Assembly (NCBI GenBank): GCA_030248215.1
Contig: JASANG010003910.1
Coordinates: 62,001 to 126,000, forward strand
Origin: Enoplolaimus lenunculus
Lineage: Eukaryota
Direction: 5' to 3'
Length of the DNA stretch: 64,000 bases
Part shown: piece by piece, positions 12,985 to 25,482 of the stretch
Position numbering within the stretch: position 1 is the first letter of the stretch
Layout of the letters: every line of letters begins with the position of its first letter
Position numbers and translations under genes: made by a program
Notes under the pieces: model-generated
What the model was told of the DNA's origin: nothing
Database searches by the model: none
The model's input: the letters and a program-made list of their open reading frames with translations, nothing else

Positions 12985-15900
12985 ATGTTTTCGGACGATC
13001 CAATTCATGTGTATTGTGATGAAAATTTGGCGTCAGTTTCATGTGTAAATATAATTTTGCAACGCAAGTTTTCTACCCACATATTATTAGTCGGTTACTC
13101 AACCGGTCACTTGGTCGCATACGATTTATCGACGCACTTGAAGTTATGGACGATTAAAGGTTCAATGATTATCTAATTAACATTGCAGTTTGGCAGAGTA
13201 AACGTGGTGCATTTTACGTTTAGCTTTAGCGATACTATTAGTAAACATAGCCCGTTGTATTTAGTTTTATGCGTTACCATCATTTTCCGCAGTGCTTTTT
13301 GTTCGGTTGTAAATTATCACTTAAACCGCGCACATTATTTTAAAATATGTACTGTAATTGGCATGATCTACAATAGTGGCGGTATGCACCATGAACGGAC
13401 CGAATGATCTATTGCGCGCTTATAAAATTGTTTCAGCATTTTCACGTAACAAATGGTTTATTTTAATATTTCGTTGCTACAGTATATATGTAATAAACGA
13501 CTTTAAAATAGCTGGTTTAAGATGATTCTTCTTCAAGTGAAGGTATACGTGTACAAGCATGTGGCACGTGTTTCGGTTATATATGGGTGCATCGGAGGAA
13601 CAAGGGCGTAAAATTCTGGAACCTTGATTGCGAGGACAAACCTGATAGTGTCGTCGGTTTGCAGTTTATTTACTTATTAGGATGGTCTTTTGTTTGTATC
13701 AACGTTTAACGGTTGCGGAAAAAGCGAGATGTAAATGTTCGTTGACTAAAGTACGAAAAATTAAACCTAAGGGGCTGTTTCGATGGTTGTGTTAATTTGC
13801 GTATCTAACAACGTAAATTGTTACTGCAATTGCAAAAATATGCCGCGTATTCTTTGTCATTTGCTCTTTTGTTCAATGCTAAGCTTCGCTAAAACGGACC
13901 TTTTGTTTGCTGAATTTTGTATTATTTGATTACCTTTTATGAAGCTTTTAATTAAAAGCCTGTTCTGATACTTAGTGTACATTGTTGCTGTTTTGCAGGA
14001 AACATAGGTAACGATTATTATGGTTTTTGCAACGCAGTTGTTGAAGAACTTCCTGATGGTGAAACGTTTTTGGCGATACCGCATTGTTCTCAGCCAAATA
14101 AAGAAACAACAGCTGTTGAAGTTTACGTATCTAAACCGCACGAATTGCACATCGGACGCGAGTCTTGTAGTCTGATTCCTGGTTGTAGCGACAACAAAAA
14201 ATATGGAATGAACATTCGTATGGGTTCAATACGAGATAACGATCCGTATAAGTAAGTATTTATGATGTGGAGGTTCGAGTCACTGGCGCAACCAGCATTC
14301 TGGTTTGTGAAATGTCGCATAAATTACTTGAGAAATGAGCAAGAATTGGGGTTTTGTTGGAAAACTGAATCGACCGCAAAAACGGAAAGATTGAAAAACA
14401 CATACTCGAACTTGTGTTCAACAAATACAAAGACGTTAATGCATGCTAAGTCTGGTGCCAAAATGATACTAAGAGAACCGTATGACTATTTTACTAAGTG
14501 TATATCAACATTTTATAACACATGATAATCATAGGATACCCAAAAAATATCCGAAAAGAAAAATGTATTCGGGTATCCGTCGGATTTCCGAAATGGTACC
14601 GCGTAAAATGTTTTTCTGAATATTTTGCGCTGTTTCATCACTAAGGTAGCTGGACCTGACGAAAAAATTCCGTATTCAAATTTGAGTCAGAATATTGAAC
14701 TAAATTCTTGACAATATCTGCGTATAGATTTGGGTTTTCGGTGTTTATTTTTGTAAAATTTAGTCCTGTTTAACTTTGGTCTTTTTCCAATCATAGTTGC
14801 AGTCAGAAAATTTTCATAATTCAGTATGATATTGAAAACATTTCTTTTCTTACATCTTGCTGGAAACCGTCATAAGCTCGGTCCTAAACTGTTTCATTCG
14901 TTTCATGGAAAAATAGCTTCTTAGTAGGCTTAGTTTTTGTTTTTAATCAAACGTAATTCAAAATTTGATAGTAAATTCGGTGCGCTAAACCGATCATCCA
15001 ACGCAAAAAAATGATGCAATTCAACTCCGCGCTTCACTTTTACACAGCAATATATACACATGAAAAAATTATAGATTTCTGAATTGTTGGAAATACATTA
15101 TAACGTCACGAAAAGTAAAAGTATATATTTAATTGAAATCTTAAAAAATTAAACTTTAATTGAAATGATCAGGGGAGGTTATGAGGAGCCAATCTTCATC
15201 ATGCTTTGATATATTAAGACTAGTGTGGGTCCTGAAGATTTGGACCAATATTACTTTTAGCGATTTAATAATCAAAATATATTCGAAAGTTTAAGCCTCC
15301 TAGCGTAATGAACACACGTTAAAGCAAAGCTTAAGACTAAGTAATGCAAAACCACTCATGCATGTATAGGTCGAAAGAAGGGTGACATTCATTAGAATCT
15401 CTGTTGCCGTGGTTTTTGACGGAGACAAACCAAATCAACTCAATTTCAGGCGGCCAACGCAAGTATCTATTAGTCAGTAGCAATCCTTTAAACCGAAAAC
15501 CCAGAACCATTGAGCCAGTTGTATAACGGTTTTTAGAATTGTATTTTTTATGCTCATAACCATCAGCTTGTGGGTCAGGTACTTCATTCAGAGCAACAGG
15601 TTAAAACAAGTGCTTTAGAAACAAAAATTTAGATTCGAAATCCCAAAAAACGCAAGATCGAGTTTTGGATATCGAAATAGAATCGGATATGTCCTGATAA
15701 AAATCGGCAAGCATTGCCAGATATCCAGATATGAAAAAATATTCGATGCCCATCACTACTGAGGACAGCCAATTTTTTTTGCGCTAATTGAGCAACTAAT
15801 TTGCTAAAATTTCATACACGGTTAAATAATGTTTTATTTATGTACATACCTCCAGTTGGTATTGTTAATACTTGAGCAGTATTTTTAGCGAATGTTGAAA

Positions 15901-16520
15901 TTGTTTTGCAAGCTAATTGACATTGTCCTGGTTATATTTTAAGGCTTAAAATTGCCGTCGCATACGAGTCTGGTAACATCGTTGGTTATTCGCTAGCAAT
16001 TAACTCTAATACAGGAGTGAAGAATCGTGTTATGGCGCATCAAATTTTTAACCTTGCAGTTTCTTTTCCGGAGCCTGTGTTAGATTTTGCTATCTCGACA
16101 GCATGGAGTATCGGTCTTGCTATTTCTGGAAACAGTGGTGATATTAAAAGATTTAAAATAAAGCTAGATGTTACGAAGAGTGATAGCAAAATCAATGCTT
16201 GTGATGTGGAAAATAAAGACATTGTGTTAGCTGAATTACTGAAGCCTTTCGCGAGTGAATCCTATTTTGCAGCCAAGTTTACTTCCATTGCCGTGCATCC
16301 TAAACGAAAAATTGCGGCAGTAGGGGTTGCCAACGGCTCTTGTTTAATTGTTTCCATTAATTCTGGGCGGCCGCTAGCTATTCTATCTTATCACAGAGAA
16401 TCGATTCAGGCTTTGGCGTTTATGACAAGTGAACTTAAGACTGGTGAAACTTTAAATGGTGATTGCTTAGCGGTTGGATCAGCTGATGGAAAGGTTTCGT
16501 TGTGGAACTTAATTCGATGA
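12985..16520 (+). CDS. GNB1L: WD40 protein, GNB1L/ASA1-like (4 exons, ~379 aa)
   Basis: Exons 12985-13159, 13522-13656, 13999-14251, 15944-16520; frame continuous (1140 nt). Motifs LLVGYSTGHL, YYGFC, AVAYESG, EPVLDFAI, PLAILSYHRESIQALAF, and terminal LAVGSADGKVSLWNL. The first donor (GTTCAA) is weak. Confidence 0.78.
14535..15758. mobile_element. Large non-autonomous DNA element (hAT-like GCCCATCACTA end) in GNB1L intron 3
   Basis: ~770 bp (14570-15340) is the reverse complement of ~20420-21210; both copies end in tgcccatcacta. Left boundary approximate. Confidence 0.7.
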
Positions 16521-16644
16521 TTGAATTTTGTTTGTGTCTAACTATATAACAATTTGTTTGGTTGTACGCTAACATTTAACACAAAGTTTGGCACATATTA
16601 TTCTACTTTGTTTTTGGGGCCCAGAAAGTTTGGTTGAAGCAAAT

Positions 16645-16809
16645 GGCTCATATTCAAGCTAGGCACGAACCGTTTTCCGTGTTTGGACTAATTTTTCTGT
16701 TTTGGGCTTAGATTTACGCTTAGGTATAGGCTTATTATTACGTTTAAGATCAAGCTTAGGCATGGTAATCTGCTATACTACTGTTACAACCCTGATTTAT
16801 ACATTGGCT
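16645..16809 (-). mobile_element. TTAGGC-rich MITE, diverged copy
   Basis: ggctcatattcaagctagg...actaattttt...ggcttagatttacgcttagg...gcttaggcat...tatactactgtt...atacattggct is the reverse complement of the family consensus. Confidence 0.65.
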
Positions 16810-17395
16810 GAAGGAATTCAGAGTGAATACTGTCTTGGTTCGCTGTTTAAATTCACAGTATATTATATATTACATATTTACTTGTGAGACAGCGTTTAAC
16901 TCTGCATATCAAAACATGTTTACAGTATTCCGAAACCGAAACTATCAGGAGCGGAATATATTAAGTTTTCAAGCAATTTGTTGTCAATACCATCAAATTT
17001 TATACTGAAACTATTCGTAGTTAGCTTACAGATAGCTGTAAAAGAAAAACTTGATCTCCGATTTTGGTAATCTTGCTGTGCAGTCATATCCTAAACTTTT
17101 CATTGCGTTGTAAGCTGTTTTAATTGTTTGTACACTGTTTTGTATTTGTTGCGCAATAAAAATTTAGTCGACTTCATTGTTTTATGGACAGTAAGTATAC
17201 ATAGAGAATGTCCGTTGGGGAATGTTTGTGTTGCAAGAATGTTTTCAAAATTTGCGGAATTCCTACTAAACGTTTGTTGAAATGCTCGACTTATGAACCG
17301 GAAATCCGTTTCCGCTAATCAGTAGAGTTTCCGTTGCAGAAATACCGGAAATTCTGTCATTTTTATGCTTAAAATAATGTTTATATTCGTTATAT

Positions 17396-17560
17396 GGCCA
17401 ATGTATAGAACAGGGCCGGAACGGTAGTATAAGCATATTCCTAAGCCTAAGTTCAAGAATGAGCTTATGCCTAAGCCTAAGCAAAAAATAGTCTAAAGCT
17501 TACGCTTACTCTATTACAGTCCTGCCGGGAAATGTTCCGGCCCTGTTCTATACATGAGCC
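17396..17560 (+). mobile_element. GCCTAA-rich MITE
   Basis: ggccaatgtatagaacagggccgg...cctaagcctaag...ccggccctgttctatacatgagcc. Confidence 0.8.
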
Positions 17561-18089
17561 ATGGTGTATGTTTGCATGCCTGATTTGTGTCGGTAGAAAA
17601 TAAAATACCTTTGACACCTTTATACTTCGATGTCCGTTTCCGTTTTATTTCGATTAATAGTCGTTTACATTTTCGCTATTCGTTTATACCCTGCCGAAGT
17701 GGCATTTTGATGTAGTTCTGGTGTAAACTTATTCGAAGTTATATTGAAAATGAAAAACTTTGCTTTATGCGTTAGAACGCTTTCTATGGTGAACGTGAAT
17801 AATAATGTGTTTTAAGATGGTGATGCTATTATTCAGTCATTATCCAATCAACAGCAAAAATAAGATCAATCCCATCAGACCCAAAATAACTGAATTCCAC
17901 GAGTCGCAAGGGCAGATGTATAACTTCAAACTTAAATCCGTGTTGCATATACCTACATATTCTGCCACAGCTTTTGCGAAATCTAAACGATAATTTGTGA
18001 GCCAAATATTTAGAATTGTGACTAAATACGTTAACTCGTAAAGTTTGCTCGTTTCGTATATATTTAACAAACGTTTCGCGCTAATTTTA

Positions 18090-18311
18090 GCCCGTGCATA
18101 GATTAGGGACCGACCGTTTTTCCGTAAGAATGTAATGCCTAGTGTAAGCTTAAGCTTCAGACATTTTTGTGTAGGTCTCGACTTTGGCTTAGGTATAGGG
18201 TTATTCCTACGCATAGGCTTAGGCCTGTACTTAATAGGGTTTTTATTGTGGTTAGGCTTAGGCATAGGTATAATCGTGTACTGCTGCTACGGCCCTGTCT
18301 TATTCATTGGC
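18090..18311 (-). mobile_element. TTAGGC-rich MITE, diverged copy
   Basis: gcccgtgcatagattaggg...ggcttaggtatagg...ggttaggcttaggcatagg...ccctgtcttattcattggc. Confidence 0.65.
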
Positions 18312-18818
18312 ACTAATTTCGGAAAATCATTACTTGTCACAGCAGTTTGAAAGGTTACGTTTGCGCTAGTAGCGTCGTATTGAATGTGAGGCAAATTAGC
18401 TGCAATTAAGTCGAATTTGCTAAACATCAGGGTGTCACCGGATACCAATTAGTAATGGAGCATCGACAAAAATGACTCCCGATCCCGCTGATTTGGTATA
18501 ACTTTCTATAATTTGGTATAATTTTGTATTTTACAAAGAGTTTAGTGTTAACCGTGTTAGTAATATACTTATTTCGATTCTTGTTGACTCTCCACAAATT
18601 TAGCAGTAAGTTGTAGGTTCAGGCATATTGTAGGCAAGCGTTTCCGATGTCTTAAGCATGAGTGTAAGTGCAACTGTGGGGAAAATGAATTCAGCAATAA
18701 ATATTCGGAAGTGCAGAATACCGGAGCAGGAGTCAAATAGACAATTTAAGCCAGAGTCGGGCATCCGGCTGCACCCTGCTTTGTACCATTGTTGAACTAT
18801 TCAACATGCTTTTAGAAT

Positions 18819-19501
18819 ATGAGTGGTTATATACTACCGCGTTACTGCAACAGATCTGCGAGTCGAATATGTTACCATTCGTGCGTTCGGCTTTGCAGTT
18901 TTGCTTTACAGCAATATGCGGTTCAACTAGAACCTTATTTTTCGAATAGTCAATCACGGAGTCGTATCTATAACGACGTGTATTCTAATAAACAAAGCAT
19001 TGTGAATATCAAAAAATTGTGTCAGTGGACACAACAGCAGACAAGAGTATTTCCAAGACTGAAGTACAGACTCGATCAAGAAAGAAGTTGTTTAAAGTTT
19101 TGCTGTACCCAGCAATCTGTAAGTGTCGAACCAATGGCGACGATGACTATTGATTCACCAGAATTTCGTAGTTTGTTCACGCCACAATTGAAGAAATTAG
19201 CTGCTATGTTCAAGTGAGTACGTATGTAATCCGACACGTTGACGGATTTGTTACATTTTTCGTAAAATGTGGTCTTGTGAAACAGCTTTGGTTGGTGTGG
19301 GCGAAAAGCGTTAGTAGTTTTTGGGCAATATTCTATGCTGCAGAAACAATATAAATAAGTTTAATATCGTGCTTTTTAGAATTTTGCGCGGTTTAAGTTT
19401 ATATGTGCCTGTGTTGGAAGTTTTCAAAAACTTTAGTGAAATATTTCATTCTTTTCGTCTTGGTTTTCCTCTTCTTGTTCTTCTTTTCACTCTTCTTCTC
19501 A

Positions 19502-19549
<48 letters not shown>

Positions 19550-22500
19550 TATTATTATTGTTGTTGTTGTTGTTGTATTATTATTATAATTATTATTTGT
19601 TGTTTTTGTTCTACCTATTTATGTTCGTTCACAATATAGGCGACACGGGTACGAAATTCGAATGGCAGGCGGTGCAGCTCGTGATCTATTAATGGGTATT
19701 CGTCCGCATGATATTGATTTGGCGACAACAGCAACACCAGAGCAAATACATGATATTTTTGAAGCGGAAGGCGTGAGAACGTTTAATGTTAATGGCGAGA
19801 GACATGGTTAGTAGTAAAGGGCATCGAATATTTTTTATTCTTACGTTGGCCACCTGAAATTGGGTTAAAAACCATTGCAACCGAGATTCTATTGAATATC
19901 ACCCTAACCTCGAAGTATATATACACGAGTCGTTTTACGTTCTAAGAAGAAAGAACCACACTGAAGTATATTTACGCTTATAGTCGTACAAATATCAGTC
20001 CTTGTTACTTTCAGTGGTGCCCCGCATTTAGCAAAAATTCAGAAATTTCTGACCAGAGGGCGTGCTAACGAATGTTATGAAACGCAATTTTTCACCAAGA
20101 AATTTTCTGAACGTAAAAATTGTAACAGAAATTTTATGAATATAAAAATGTAACGTAGGGACCTTATTATTTTTTAGAAAAAAATTTCTCAGGGGAAAAA
20201 TTGTAAGATTGGGACCTTATCATTTTATCACAATAAGTTTTGTAATGGGGAAAAATTGTAAGGTCCTCACCATTTTATCACAAAAAATTCTGACTGGGGA
20301 CGTACGCCCCCCGCTTTCCCTCTGGATCCTCTATTTTCGGCTTTTTCATTAGACCGTAATAGAGTACGTACGCTTAAAATTTAGATGAATTTTTCGCTTG
20401 GACTTAGGCTTAAGCTTTGTTTTAGACTTGTGTTTATTACGCTAGGAGGGTTAAACTTAGGAAAATGTGTCGTTTGTTAAATTGCTAAAATATTTGTCCA
20501 AATCTTCAGGACCCACACTAGTCTAATATATCGAAATATAATGCCGATTTGGCTCCTCATAATCTCCCCTGATGATTTCAATTAAGTTTTAATTTTTTAG
20601 ATTTGAATTAAATATATACTTTTACTTTTCGTGATCTTATATGGACTACTGCGAAACGAAAAATGTGTTTTCAACAATCCAGAAATCTATAATTTTTTCA
20701 TGTGTATATATTGCTGTGTAAAAGCGAAGCGCTGAGTTGAATTGCATCATTTTCTGCGTTGGATGATCGGTTTAGCCCGCCTAATTTACTATCGAATTTT
20801 AAATTACGTTTAATTAAAAACAAAAACTAAGACAACTAAGAAGCTGTTTTTCCATGAAACGAATGAAACTGTTCAGCACCAAGCTTATGACAGTTTCCAG
20901 CAAGATGTAAGAAGAGAAATGTTTTCAATATCATACTGAATTATAAAAATTTTTTCTGACTGTAACTATGATTGGAAAAATACCAAAGATAAACAGCTCT
21001 AAATTTTACATACAATATACACCGAAAAGTACAATTCTACTCACAAAAATTGTCAAGAATTTAGTTCAATATTCTGACTCAGATTTGAATACGGAATTTC
21101 TTTTCGTCAGATCCACCTACTTTAAGAGTGAAACAACGCAAATTATTCAGAAATGTTTTCACACAATAGCATTTCGGCTATCCGGCAGATATCCGGATAC
21201 ATATTTTTTTGAATACATATGCGCATAATTTTCATATTTGGATACTGGGTGCCCATCACTAATCGTTAGTGATTTTAATTGCTTTTCTGAGCTGTCTTAG
21301 TGTTGAAATTTGTTTTAATTGCTTGAGATATAATTTCTAAAATAAAAACGTTCGGTTTTCAATTTTAATCAAAAACGTTACTGCAAAAAGGGATACCTTT
21401 ATACTGCAGCCGCCTCCACACAACTAAATTGTGTGAAGGAAAGACAATAAAGAAGTAACATATTATTTACAATCCAAAGAGCACCATTTATTAGAACGTT
21501 CTAAAATGAAACGTCTCATTAATATAGGGGAGTGCGATACGGGTACGTTTTACTTTCCAGTCATGAGAGTGACACCAAACTGAGCCTCGGCAATTTTAAG
21601 TGGTTCTAAGCAGGATTGGATGCGACCACATTCCGAACGTCACCATTAAGCGGTTCCCTGTATTTGAACGTCAAAAATAGTGGTATTTTTGTTTAGTGGT
21701 TGTAGGAACTATTAAGTTGGTAACTCAAGAACCCTCCCGTCAAGATTTCTGAACAACATAACCCGCTTTGCGGAACCGTGGTTACACCCCTGTCTTCTGA
21801 TTCACATTGCACTGATTTTAGCACTCACAGGTTCTACTTACCTGTTTCAGGTACAGTGAGTTGTCGAATCGATGATGCAGAAAACTTTGAAGTTACAACG
21901 CTTAGAATCGATAAAGTTTGCGATGGAAGGCACGCCGAGGTTGAATTTACCACTGACTGGCAGAAAGATGCAAATCGGCGAGATCTGACCATTAATTCCA
22001 TGTTTTTAGGTAGAATGTAGGTTACAACTTGTACGCTTCGGCATTCCAGCCTTAGCCTTTGCCAACCCTCGTGTTTTTGGTTAAGCCCGCGTTGAAGCCG
22101 TAACTTTAAAATGTGGAGAGCATGTACAAAAGTTGTTATTTGCCTTTTTTAGTTTTTGCATTTAAGTTGCTGAATCAGGTTGTTGTCGTTTCGGGATTTG
22201 TTTACTCAGAAGTCTAGAACACGCTGAGCTGTTTGCTCAGTGCTTGTAAATTTTGTATGATGAAAATATAGGTTTTTCAGGACTGGATGGTACGATCTAT
22301 GACTATTTCGGTGGAATTCGCGATGTTGAAAAGCGTAGAGTCGCTTTTGTTGGTGATCCTGATGAACGAATGAAGGAAGATTATTTGCGAATATTACGAT
22401 ATTTTAGGTAAACCAAAAGTTATTGGTTGCATGCCCAAAATCAGATGTTATGAGCTAAGATTTTGGTTCTGTAAATATTATGTGAAGCAGTCACAATTGA

Positions 22501-25482
22501 ACAAAAATTACACGATTACACAGTAGATAGTGGCCGTTGTTACGGGTTGTTTATTTTTTAAATCATATTGAGTGCAAAAACTATCCGCACTATTGTAATA
22601 GATTTTGCTATGCTACGGCGGTCTGAAACGAACCATGGTCGCATATCTTAATAAATGAAGATTTTGAATGGCTGTATTAAAAAATTTTATGTACGGGCAA
22701 AACATATGGTAAAGAAAAAGACAGCGTTAAATAAGCTACCATGCAACCGGTGTAGGCTTATCAGATAAATTTTATGTATATTAATGTTTGCAGATCGTGG
22801 TTATTAATGTTGGTTCTGAACGTCGAGTTAGAGTTGTACTCTTAAATTATTATTTTAGATTCTATGGTTGCATCGCTCGAGATCCGGATGCCCACGAGCA
22901 TGAAACACTGGAGGCCATTAGGCGAAATGTTGACGGTCTTAAAGGTTTAGAATTTTTATGCATTATTGTTAATTTACTGGCCGATGTCAAGTATAAAAGC
23001 CTGTTCACTAGCCTAACGTAAAGCCAAGCCTAAGGGAAACCGAAATATAAGCCTGAGCCCTTCAGTGGCGCATCTTGAATTTTTGGCGGCGAGCGTGCAA
23101 TATTGCAAAAGGAGCATCGTGAGCGAAACGAGGGGGAAAGCGAAACAAATTTTAGACACTATTTTATCAAAAATGGATGTTTTTAATCTAAAAATGCACC
23201 TGGCTTCGCGCTCGCTTCTCTCTCGAAATTTCTTCACTACATATAGAACTGGTGAACAAAAGGTGTCGAGAAAATAAAGCTACGAATTTTTAATCTGAAG
23301 GGCATGGGCTGATCTGAGAGCAATTTTGGGAACGGGATCAAAGCAAAATAAAATTTTCTTTCAGCATGTAATGCAAAAATTGCGTTTGGTGTCTTTCTCG
23401 CTTCGCTTGCGAGGCTTTCAATTTTATTTTATCTTCATTTCTTTCAACCCTCGATTCCTCCGACACACACCACACTGAGGCCCGGCTCTTAATTTCAAGC
23501 TACAATGCGAACATCTGACGCGCGAGAGAGATGTGTTAGCTACGAATTTTTAATCTGAAGGGCATGGGCTGATCTGAGAGCAATTCTGGGAACGGGATCA
23601 AAGCAAAATAAAATTTTCTTTCAGCATGTAATACAAAAATTGCGTTTGGTGTCTTTCTCGCTTCGCTTGCGAGGCTTTCAATTTTATTTTATCTTCATTT
23701 CTTTCAACCCTCGATTCCTCCGACACACACCACACTGAGGCCCGGCTCTTAATTTCAAGCTACAATGCGAACATCGGACGCGCGAGAGAGATGTGTTAAC
23801 CTTCACATGTAAGCTCTCACTTTTTGTGAACATTTTTCGGCTTATCAGAATATATCTTTATAATTTTGCTGAATTTAAAACTTTGTTTTGCTATGTTTAT
23901 TAGGTATCAGCGTTGAAAGAAAGTGGTCGGAACTCAAACGCATTCTCCCTGGTCGATTTGGAGGACCTGTACTTAGAACAATGCTTCTAGTTGGGCTTGG
24001 CGAAATTTTAAGTTAGTTCTGTTTCAATACATTCAATATTTTCTGGAAATGTTCAGCATACAACTAAGACTAAGTTTTGTATTGGAACAGCTTTCATTTT
24101 CCAGCAGCCATTTTATGGAATCATTTTGATTATAAATATAACACAAATTGCTAAACAGTAGTAACATTGAAACATATTGTGTGAAAGTGTAAGAGATGTT
24201 TGAAGAGTAATGGCGGTGTATACCTTTTAAGTTATGCCGTGCAGCTGTGGTTCGGCACCGTACGGAAACGCAAGTGAATTGTCACATGTCTCCGCATAAC
24301 ATTTTGTTAAAAAGTGTTATTTTGTGTCGGACGGCGTTCCACGACAAAACATAGCGCCACTCTTATGCATATTTGTATTTGATGTACACAGTCTACTTAT
24401 TGTTGAAACTACAGAATTCCCCGAAAATCCAAACATTGATCGTTTTGAAGAAGTTCACAATCGTGCGTTTCCTCTGAAACCAGATGCATTAACGGTATTA
24501 TGCTCACTATTTGAAACCGAAGATCAGGTAAGTTTCATAGTTTCTAGGCAATTTGCTGTTCCAACTATTTTGTTATCTTTATAGGCACCAATGTGTACAC
24601 TGATATTATTGGTTGATAGTAATACAGTCACTCGCAGAATCAAGTTCTCAGCAGTTGCGATTTGTGTAATAAATCGGCGATCGCAGTTCCATAATCGCGT
24701 TTGAAATATTTTATGGCGCGCGACTAGACGGTATAAAAATTGCTATTTTAATATTAGACAATCTCGGCTGTAGTCGCGGTTATGGTCAAAGTAATTGCAT
24801 GCAATTTAAAGTGCGTTTGCGAGCGACTGTTCAAGAAACCAACAATCGCGATCCGAGCCGCGGTTTTGTGCGGAACGGCGATTGCACTTAATTCTGTTCA
24901 TAATTAGTAACTCTATTGCAAGTGGTGTATATTATTGGAAAACCTGTAAGACTTTTGAGAGCTAAAGTCTGTTGTGAGATGCTAGCACAAGAGTATATCG
25001 TAGAAAACAAACGAACTTTAACGTTATTAATAATTGTTTGATTTTAGATCTACGATTATACCTATGAAATGAAAATGTCAAACGCAGAACGAATTTTAGC
25101 TGTGTTTATAGTAAAGAATCGTGGCTTGTTTGCAGAGACGCTGCCAGAACGACGGCATAAGTTGCTGCAAGATCTCTATCTTGATCAAGGGAAGTCTAGT
25201 CCAACACTTCCGGTAAAGACTACCACAGAACTTGCGAAATATTTTGGAGAAAGCAGTTTAGCCGGCCATATGGATTCGTGGGTGCCTCCTGAATGCCCTG
25301 TAAATGGCTCGGTCGTTATTTTAGAAGGTGGTATAACGAAAGGACCAGCTGTGAAACGCGTGCTAGTGAAACTATTCGACGCATGGAAAGCAAGCAATTA
25401 CACTTTGACTAAGGAACAGCTATTGCAAATGATTGATTCTGATGATTTTGATAAGCAAATTGTGTCTGATTTACCCTCTTAA
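18819..25482 (+). CDS. TRNT1: CCA tRNA nucleotidyltransferase, class II (8 exons; ~529 aa from ATG 18819, ~424 aa from ATG 19134)
   Basis: Exons 18819-19213, 19640-19806, 21851-22009, 22281-22407, 22859-22944, 23904-24011, 24415-24527, 25048-25482; frame continuous (1590 nt). Motifs [18 protein letters not shown]...HDIDLAT (DxD), [43 protein letters not shown]. Confidence 0.95.
19501..19605. repeat. Compound (ATT)n/(GTT)n microsatellite in TRNT1 intron 1
   Basis: Directly visible attattatt...gttgttgtt tracts. Confidence 0.95.
20330..21261. mobile_element. Second, inverted copy of the 14.5-15.8 kb element (TRNT1 intron 2)
   Basis: Reverse-complement identity with 14570-15340; ends ggtgcccatcacta. 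Left boundary approximate. Confidence 0.7.
23278..23798. repeat. Near-perfect 260-bp tandem duplication in TRNT1 intron 5
   Basis: agctacgaatttttaatctgaagggc...gagagatgtgtt occurs at 23278 and 23538 with only a few substitutions. Confidence 0.95.

Noticed and set aside
17840..18350. PKPK- or LGLG-repeat ORFs
   Set aside because: Translations of TTAGGC-rich MITE tracts.
9176..18819. Nematode-style operon of SDR, GNB1L-like and TRNT1
   Set aside because: Same strand, but the gaps are ~3.8 and ~2.3 kb and filled with repeats; cannot be supported without SL/RNA data.
19321..19692. Poly-Ile/Leu membrane-protein ORFs
   Set aside because: Translation of the (ATT)n/(GTT)n microsatellite in TRNT1 intron 1.
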